From Candidatus Micrarchaeia archaeon (GTDB taxonomy: Archaea > Micrarchaeota > Micrarchaeia > CABMEP01), in contig JAVZCX010000003.1 of assembly GCA_038874185.1 (NCBI GenBank), forward strand, positions 1 to 43,109: 43,109 nt of DNA. Direction: 5' to 3'. Below the pieces are notes generated by a model, which worked only from the letters and a program-made list of their open reading frames with translations, had not been told where the DNA came from and ran no database searches. This document shows positions 36,766-43,109 of this stretch, piece by piece. Numbering within the stretch: position 1 is the first letter of the stretch; each line of letters begins with the position of its first letter. A program made the translations under genes and the position numbers.

Positions 36766-39700
36766 ATGATTAACTCTGCAGACGAATACATGAAGTCGCA
36801 AATTTCAAAGATATACGAGATTGCAACAGAGGCAAGGAAGAAAGGCATAGATCCTTCAGATTCAGTTGAAATAGTGCCTGCTCCAGATCTTGCAGCCAGA
36901 GTGGAGGGAATTGTAGGGCCAAAAGGAATCGCAGAATACATACGTTCATTGCCGCATGACAAATCAAGAACACAGATTGCATTTATGGCAGCTGAGGCAG
37001 TCATAGAAGGAAAGTTCGGAGATTTCGGTGGGAAAGAGAAGCTTATAGAGCAGGCATTAAGAACAGGGACAGCAGTTCTTACAGAAGGAGTTCTGGTTGC
37101 TCCTACTGAAGGAATTTCAAGTGTTAAAATTCATCAGAATCAGGATGGCACAGAGTATCTTGCTGTTTATTATTCAGGTCCAATAAGATCTGCAGGAGGA
37201 ACCGCAGCAGCGCTTAGCGTTCTCTTGGCAGATTTTCTTAGAAGAAAGATTGGCCTTGCAGAATGGAGACCTACAGACACCGCTGTTGAACGATATCTTG
37301 AGGAAATGGAACTTTATGATGCAAGAGCAGCAAGATTGCAATACAAGCCTTCAGATGATGAGTTTAGGCACATAGTGAGAAATTGTCCTGTATGTGTGAC
37401 AGGAGATCCAACAGAAGAGTTTGAAGTGGGTGCATATAGAAATGTGCCAGGGATAGAGACGAACAGGATAAGGGGAGGAATGGCCCTTGTCCTTTGTGAA
37501 GGAATTGCACAGAAGGCAGCAAAGGTTCTTGGCCAGGCAAAGAAGCTTGGAATTGATTGGAGCTGGCTTGAATCAGTTATAAAAGCACCAAAGGCAAAGG
37601 AAGCAAAGGTTACAAAGATTGAGCCAAATCCAAAATACATAGAAGAGGTTGTAGCAGGTAGGCCAGTAATTGCATATCCATCTAGATTTGGAGGATTCAG
37701 GTTAAGATACGGAAGAACAAGGCTTAGCGGGTTTATGGCGAAGGGAATACATCCTGCTACAATGATAATACTTGATTCATTTCCAGCGATAGGAACTCAA
37801 TTCAAGCTTGAAAGACCTGGAAAGGGATGCGTTCTCACTCCTTGCGAGACAATTGAACCATCAGTTGTTAGACTTAAGGATGGTTCAGTTGTTAGGGTGG
37901 AATCCAGAGAGCATGCAGAAAAGCTAAAGGACAATGTACATACAGTTCTTTTCATTGGAGACATTCTTGTTTCATACGGCGATTTCCTTAAATCAAATTC
38001 ACCTCTGCTCCCGGCAGGATATAATGAGGAATGGTGGCTTGAGGAATTGAGAGATGCAATCGAATTGAAACAAGAACTGAAGAATATTTATTCTAATATA
38101 GATCCTTATAAGGTTGATTTTGATACTGCACTAAAGATCTCAAAGGAGACAGGCATTCCTTTGCATCCAAAATTTACGTTCTTCTGGTCTAACATATCGA
38201 ATGATGAAGTTAAGGAATTGATACACTGGCTTTCTTCAGGCGAATGGAAATCAGACTTATTAAATCCTCTGAATCCAAAAGAGCTTAGAGTAGTATACGA
38301 CCCTGCAAAAAGTATCCTTGAAAAACTTCTAGTTCCTCATAGGGTAGAAAGAGATCAGATAATAATAGAAGGAGAAAATGCAAAATCAATATTCATTTCT
38401 TTAGGCTTGCAGCCAGGACAACCAGATAAATCATTAGTAAATTCTCTTATGAAAAAAATAGATGATTACACCTCAAAACTTCAGTCAGACGAAGAAAAAA
38501 GAAGGTCTGTTGATCTAGTTTCAATTCTTTCTGGAATAAAAATCAGAGACAAAGCAGGTACTTGGATAGGGAGCAGAATGGGAAGGCCTGAAAAATCAAG
38601 AGAGCGACATATGAAACCTGCTGTCCATTCTTTGTTTCCAATTGGAAATGCAGGCGGCAAAACTCGCAACATAATTAAAGCATATAAAGATGCAAAGGCA
38701 AGGAAGCTAAAATATGATGTCACAGTAGAAATAGCAAGGATGCGCTGTCCATTCTGTGGCGGTTTGTCATTCTCAAGAAAATGTCAAAGATGCGGAAAGC
38801 AGACAAAGCCTGAAAGAATATGCAGCAAATGCGGCAAACCATCAGCAACAGAATTTCACATCTGCTCTACTGTGCAGTCAAAACCAGGAAAAGAGATAAA
38901 ATCCAAGACAGTTTTCTATGATTCAAGACCTATAAATATAGTTGAGATCGTAGAAGAGGCAGCAGCGAAAACAAAAATACTTCCAGAAGAAGTGAAATGC
39001 GTCAACGGGTTGGTAAGCGAATTGAAGATTCCAGAGCCTTTAGAAAAAGGAATATTAAGAGCAGTCCATGATGTTTCTGTTTTCAAGGATGGAACCTGTA
39101 GGTTTGATGCAACAAACGTTCCAATTACATACTTTTACCCACGCGAAATAGGAACTCCAGTTTCAAAGCTGAAAGAGCTCGGCTATATGAAAGATGCATA
39201 TGGAAATGAATTAAAGAGTGAGGATCAACTTGTTGAGCTTCTTCCGCATGACATGATAATATCTGAGCGCAGTCTTAAATATATGGCAAGGGTTGCAAGA
39301 TTTGTAGATGATGAACTGGTCAAGATCTACGGCCTTCCTCCGTATTATAATTTGAAGGAAGACAGAGACATAATAGGTCATTTGGTTATAGAGCTTTCTC
39401 CGCACACCTCTTGTGGTATTGCCAGCAGAATAATAGGAACAACAAAAGCACACGTATGTTATGCGCATCCATATTTATTTGCAGCAAGTCGTCGAGATGC
39501 GGATGGAGATGAGAATGCAATAATGCTTCTTATGGATGGATTGCTAAACTTTTCAAAGCATTACCTCCCAGTAACAAGAGGAGGACAGATGGATGCACCG
39601 ATTGTTATGATGACCCATATTGATCCTTCAGAGGTTGACGACCAGGTACATGCATTGGAAGTAGTACAGAGATTCCCATCTTCATTTTATGAAGCAAGCT

Positions 39701-40245
39701 GGAGATTTGCACATCCTTCTGAATGCAAGATTGAGATTGTTTCAGATCGATTAGGAAAGGAGAATGAAAAGTATAATTTATGGTTCACCCATCATACTCC
39801 AGATATGAATAACGGTGCACTTACAACTCAATATGTATATCTTAAATCAATGAAAGACAAAATAAGTGCACAATTAGGTTTGGCAAAGAAAATTGCTGCA
39901 GTAGATGCAAGAGATGCTGCCGAGCGTCTTATAATGAGCCACTTTCTTCCAGATCTCTATGGCAATCTGCGTTCCTTTAGCACACAGCAAGTTAGATGTG
40001 TGGATTGCAATATGAAATATAGAAGAGTTCCATTATCAGGAAAATGTACAAAATGCGGAGGCAAGCTTCTATTGACTGTGAATAGAGGCGGAATAGAAAA
40101 GTATCTGAAGATAACTAAGAATTTGATAGATGAATATAATCTTCCAAATTATCTAAGGCAAAGGATCCAGCTTCTTGAAAGAGACATACAATCTATATTC
40201 GAAGATGAAACAAGCAAGCAGTTCAATCTTGCAGAGTTCATGTAG
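36766..40245 (+). CDS. polD2: DNA polymerase D large subunit DP2 (no intein seen)
   Basis: GPIRSAGGT, GGFRLRYGR, RMGRPEK, FKDGTCRFD, PHTS, catalytic DGDE, GNLRSF..Q..RC..C. Confidence 0.98.
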   Translation: MINSADEYMKSQISKIYEIATEARKKGIDPSDSVEIVPAPDLAARVEGIVGPKGIAEYIRSLPHDKSRTQIAFMAAEAVIEGKFGDFGGKEKLIEQALRTGTAVLTEGVLVAPTEGISSVKIHQNQDGTEYLAVYYSGPIRSAGGTAAALSVLLADFLRRKIGLAEWRPTDTAVERYLEEMELYDARAARLQYKPSDDEFRHIVRNCPVCVTGDPTEEFEVGAYRNVPGIETNRIRGGMALVLCEGIAQKAAKVLGQAKKLGIDWSWLESVIKAPKAKEAKVTKIEPNPKYIEEVVAGRPVIAYPSRFGGFRLRYGRTRLSGFMAKGIHPATMIILDSFPAIGTQFKLERPGKGCVLTPCETIEPSVVRLKDGSVVRVESREHAEKLKDNVHTVLFIGDILVSYGDFLKSNSPLLPAGYNEEWWLEELRDAIELKQELKNIYSNIDPYKVDFDTALKISKETGIPLHPKFTFFWSNISNDEVKELIHWLSSGEWKSDLLNPLNPKELRVVYDPAKSILEKLLVPHRVERDQIIIEGENAKSIFISLGLQPGQPDKSLVNSLMKKIDDYTSKLQSDEEKRRSVDLVSILSGIKIRDKAGTWIGSRMGRPEKSRERHMKPAVHSLFPIGNAGGKTRNIIKAYKDAKARKLKYDVTVEIARMRCPFCGGLSFSRKCQRCGKQTKPERICSKCGKPSATEFHICSTVQSKPGKEIKSKTVFYDSRPINIVEIVEEAAAKTKILPEEVKCVNGLVSELKIPEPLEKGILRAVHDVSVFKDGTCRFDATNVPITYFYPREIGTPVSKLKELGYMKDAYGNELKSEDQLVELLPHDMIISERSLKYMARVARFVDDELVKIYGLPPYYNLKEDRDIIGHLVIELSPHTSCGIASRIIGTTKAHVCYAHPYLFAASRRDADGDENAIMLLMDGLLNFSKHYLPVTRGGQMDAPIVMMTHIDPSEVDDQVHALEVVQRFPSSFYEASWRFAHPSECKIEIVSDRLGKENEKYNLWFTHHTPDMNNGALTTQYVYLKSMKDKISAQLGLAKKIAAVDARDAAERLIMSHFLPDLYGNLRSFSTQQVRCVDCNMKYRRVPLSGKCTKCGGKLLLTVNRGGIEKYLKITKNLIDEYNLPNYLRQRIQLLERDIQSIFEDETSKQFNLAEFM

Positions 40246-40264
40246 TTTTTGGTAAGGTGAAAAG

Positions 40265-41512
40265 TTGGTTTCTATAATCGCTATTCCTATAGTTATCTTG
40301 ATAATTGTTTTATTTTTAATTACTCTTAGGCAACTACTCAACCTTAATATTGAGATATGGCAGATAATGCTTTTAGGCGCAATTTCGGTTATAGCTTTAA
40401 ATGAGATCTCTTTATCTTCAGCAATAGAAAGTATAGATATAGATGTAATGTTATTCTTATTTTCTATTTTTATAATTGGTAAAGCCCTTGAGGAAAGCGG
40501 ATACCTCTCCTATCTCTCATATTCTTTTTTGAAGAATTCAAGAAATGCAGAAGATCTTTTGCTTTTTCTAATATTGCTTGCAGGTTTTGGTTCTGCAATA
40601 CTTATGAATGATACTCTTGCAATTATAGGAACACCTTTCGTTCTGCATCTTGCAGAAAAACATAATTTACCTAAAAAGATGATGCTACTTGCACTTGCAT
40701 TTTCAATCACAATAGGAAGTATAATGAGTCCGATCGGAAATCCACAAAATCTTTTAATAGCAACTAAGGCTAATCTTTCTAATCCGTTTATTACTTTCCT
40801 CTATTATCTTTTTATTCCAACTTTAATCAATCTTTTTGTTTTATTCTTTCTTCTTAAATACTTTTATGGTTCAAATATAAAATATAAACGAATTGACCAT
40901 TACAAAGAGCCAATAAGAGACAGTTCTCTTTCAGTTTTATCTTTTCTTTCTCTAGTCTTACTTTTTATATTGATTATCATTTATACCTTATCATTCATTT
41001 TCCATTTTCAATTTCTCTCTTTAAGCCAGATATCTTTTATTTCAGCCTCTATATTAATAGTTTTTAGCAATAAAAGGTTTGAAATAATTAAAGGAATAGA
41101 TTGGGGGACTATAGTATTTTTTGCATCTATGTTCATTTTAATGCAAGCAGTCTGGGATACAGGTACTATTCAAGAAGAACTCCAACATGTATCTCTTGAT
41201 CTGTCATTTATTCCAGTGATTATATTCATAGGAATAGCAATAAGTCAGCTTATATCCAATGTCCCATTCGTTGCTCTTTATCTTCCAATCCTGCTATCTA
41301 ATTCTTCTTCTGAATCTTCTTTGATGGCATTGGCTGCAGGAAGTACAATAGCAGGTAATTTCATGATATTGGGTGCAGCAAGTAATGTAATAATAATTCA
41401 GAATGCAGAAAAAAGAGGAGCTACTCTTACAGCAAAAGATTTCTTAAAAGTCGGGGTACCTTTAACTTTGTTTAATGCGCTTATATATGCTATTTATCTT
41501 ATGATCATTTAA
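40265..41512 (+). CDS. ArsB/NhaD (ion transporter superfamily) permease
   Basis: SAILMNDT, SPIGNPQN, IDWGTIVFF, QLISNVP, GSTIAGN..ILGAASN; many TM helices. Confidence 0.9.
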   Translation: MVSIIAIPIVILIIVLFLITLRQLLNLNIEIWQIMLLGAISVIALNEISLSSAIESIDIDVMLFLFSIFIIGKALEESGYLSYLSYSFLKNSRNAEDLLLFLILLAGFGSAILMNDTLAIIGTPFVLHLAEKHNLPKKMMLLALAFSITIGSIMSPIGNPQNLLIATKANLSNPFITFLYYLFIPTLINLFVLFFLLKYFYGSNIKYKRIDHYKEPIRDSSLSVLSFLSLVLLFILIIIYTLSFIFHFQFLSLSQISFISASILIVFSNKRFEIIKGIDWGTIVFFASMFILMQAVWDTGTIQEELQHVSLDLSFIPVIIFIGIAISQLISNVPFVALYLPILLSNSSSESSLMALAAGSTIAGNFMILGAASNVIIIQNAEKRGATLTAKDFLKVGVPLTLFNALIYAIYLMII

Positions 41513-41669
41513 TAGCGATCTTATATAGTGCATCATTACAAGTTTGCACAAGTGCAAGTTCGTCAATAAGCGATATATTTATAATATCTAATGTTTCATT
41601 AAATATTATATTTGATTAATCTATGTATCATCTATGTGATTTGTTTTATATGTATCTAAAGGTGGATTG

Positions 41670-42356
41670 ATGGAAAAGTTAGCAAGAATGATAGCTGGAG
41701 AAATATTGATGTCTGATGATCCTGGCTCTGCAATGAAGAAATGGAGAGAGATATTTGAAATAAGCCAGACAGATCTTGCCGCAGCTATGGATATAACTCC
41801 ATCCACAATTAGCGATTATGAGTCGAATAGAAGAGAGTCCCCAGGAATAAAGGTAGTGAAAAGATTCATAGAAACAATTATCAGAATAGACAAGGAAAGG
41901 GGCTCAAAAGTGATTCAAAAGCTCGCAATAGAGGAAAAGCCTTCTGACGCATTTGAAGTGAAGAATTTCTCATCTATACTTACAGGCATTGACTTTCAGA
42001 AGATGCTTGAAGCAGTTCCTCTTGCAAACGCAGAGCTTTTAGAAAAGAAAAGAGTTTATGGTTATACGCTTCTAGACAGCCACAAAATAATTTTGGACTT
42101 TCAATACAATGATTTCCAGAAACTTTACGGCTCAATAAGCGAGAGAGCCTTCATATTCACGAATGTTTCGAGCGGTAGAAGTCCGATGATTGCAGTTAAG
42201 CTAGCACCAATCAAGCCATCGCTAATCGCAATTCATGGATTAAAGAAAAAAGATGTTGACCCATTAGCAGTCAAGATAGCTGAAAAGGAAGGTCTTCCAT
42301 TGCTGCTTTTAGAAGGAGATTTGAATAAAATAAAAGAAACTTTGCAGAAATATTAA
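41670..42356 (+). CDS. Archaeal XRE-type HTH transcriptional regulator (COG1709-like)
   Basis: IAGEI..SDDPG.AMKKWRE.F..SQTDLA...ISDYE.NRRESPG, FTNVSSGRSPMIAVK. Confidence 0.9.
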   Translation: MEKLARMIAGEILMSDDPGSAMKKWREIFEISQTDLAAAMDITPSTISDYESNRRESPGIKVVKRFIETIIRIDKERGSKVIQKLAIEEKPSDAFEVKNFSSILTGIDFQKMLEAVPLANAELLEKKRVYGYTLLDSHKIILDFQYNDFQKLYGSISERAFIFTNVSSGRSPMIAVKLAPIKPSLIAIHGLKKKDVDPLAVKIAEKEGLPLLLLEGDLNKIKETLQKY

Positions 42357-42408
42357 ACAAGCTAATTGAAGCGAAAAGTTTAAATCATATTTATGTGTCT
42401 TATTTTTT

Positions 42409-43109
42409 ATGCAAAATCTTAACCATCATCAAGATTTCAAGAATCAAAACAATGGGAATTTCTCCTTTGTGAGAGAATGCAAGTTTTCAAGATTATTGCC
42501 ATCAAAAGAAGAGTTAAAACATTCACTTTTAGAAGCAGGAGTAACCTCAATAATAGAATATAAAGATTTTATAAAAATGAATTTTAAGATTAAAAATGAT
42601 TCTATCTCTGCTCAAACATTGCTAAGAAGATTTGGTGATGGAACCCGCTCTTCAAAAAACCTTGCACATCTTTTTAGCTGGATCGGTCTCATATCTAAGT
42701 ATAACACTAACATCTATGATTATTCAGAACCAGCTATAATTAAGGCAATACTTCTTAATTCAAAGATAAACCTTCAAACAATAAAATTTAAGGAATTCAT
42801 AAAGAAGGGGATTTGCACAGATAAGTTTATCGGAACAGGAAGAGAACTAATTATAAAATTTCAAAATTCTGTTATAAACAAAGTAAAGAAAAATGAAGAA
42901 ATTCCTGCAGAAATTTCTAGATATGTTAAAAAATTAAGATCAAATCAAGGGAGCTATGTACCGCTAAGATCAAGTTTTGAAACAATGCTTGAAATAAGTG
43001 GAATTATAAATCATAACTATAGTTCAATAAGATATAAACCTGCTCTCTTAAGAAAGATCTTAGAGTCTTCAGGTGTTGATTTTGACAACTGGTTTGTTTC
43101 CATTGTCGA
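42409..43109 (+). CDS. Hypothetical protein, 3'-truncated by the window edge
   Basis: Hand translation from ATG 42409 (MQNLNHHQDF...) stays open to the end of the window. Confidence 0.75.
   Translation, partial: MQNLNHHQDFKNQNNGNFSFVRECKFSRLLPSKEELKHSLLEAGVTSIIEYKDFIKMNFKIKNDSISAQTLLRRFGDGTRSSKNLAHLFSWIGLISKYNTNIYDYSEPAIIKAILLNSKINLQTIKFKEFIKKGICTDKFIGTGRELIIKFQNSVINKVKKNEEIPAEISRYVKKLRSNQGSYVPLRSSFETMLEISGIINHNYSSIRYKPALLRKILESSGVDFDNWFVSIV

Noticed and set aside
36766-40245. Intein in DP2
   Set aside because: Length is ordinary (about 1160 aa), the catalytic region is uninterrupted, and no splicing motifs are seen
398-41806. Numerous 60-180 aa antisense and alternate-frame ORFs in the track
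   Set aside because: They lie on well-supported genes and show no motifs; treated as shadow ORFs

Overview
This is AT-rich archaeal chromosomal DNA. The best guess for lineage is DPANN, Micrarchaeota-like; that is inference from PolD, separate PriL/PriS, DinB and divergent ribosomal proteins. Left to right: the 3' part of cysS; an orphan coiled-coil membrane protein; dinB; a CDP-alcohol phosphatidyltransferase; a box C/D sRNA; and the conserved priL-priS-(HEAT insert)-gins-L44e-S27e-aIF2alpha-nop10-PAC2 cluster. An accessory block follows (YkgJ-like, MtlR/HEPN-like, a small hypothetical, a bacterial-type MEP-pathway dxr, desulfoferrodoxin, rubrerythrin). Next come a GC-rich structured leader and the large L3...L15-secY-adk-DUF106-cmk operon, an intron-containing tRNA-Arg(UCU) and UPF0147. 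Then two divergent caspase-fold (His-Gly/Cys) paralogues inside a tandem duplication with near-identical flanks, PolD DP1/DP2, an ArsB/NhaD-type transporter, an HTH regulator and a truncated ORF. Strongest leads: (1) aIF1/SUI1 has no in-frame AUG and its Shine-Dalgarno points at ACG, suggesting start-codon-fidelity autoregulation; (2) the cassette-like protease duplication; (3) dxr in an archaeon; (4) structured RNA leaders of the r-protein operon and of PolD; (5) a REP-doublet-like tRNA intron. All calls are from reading motifs by eye; no searches or folding programs were run.
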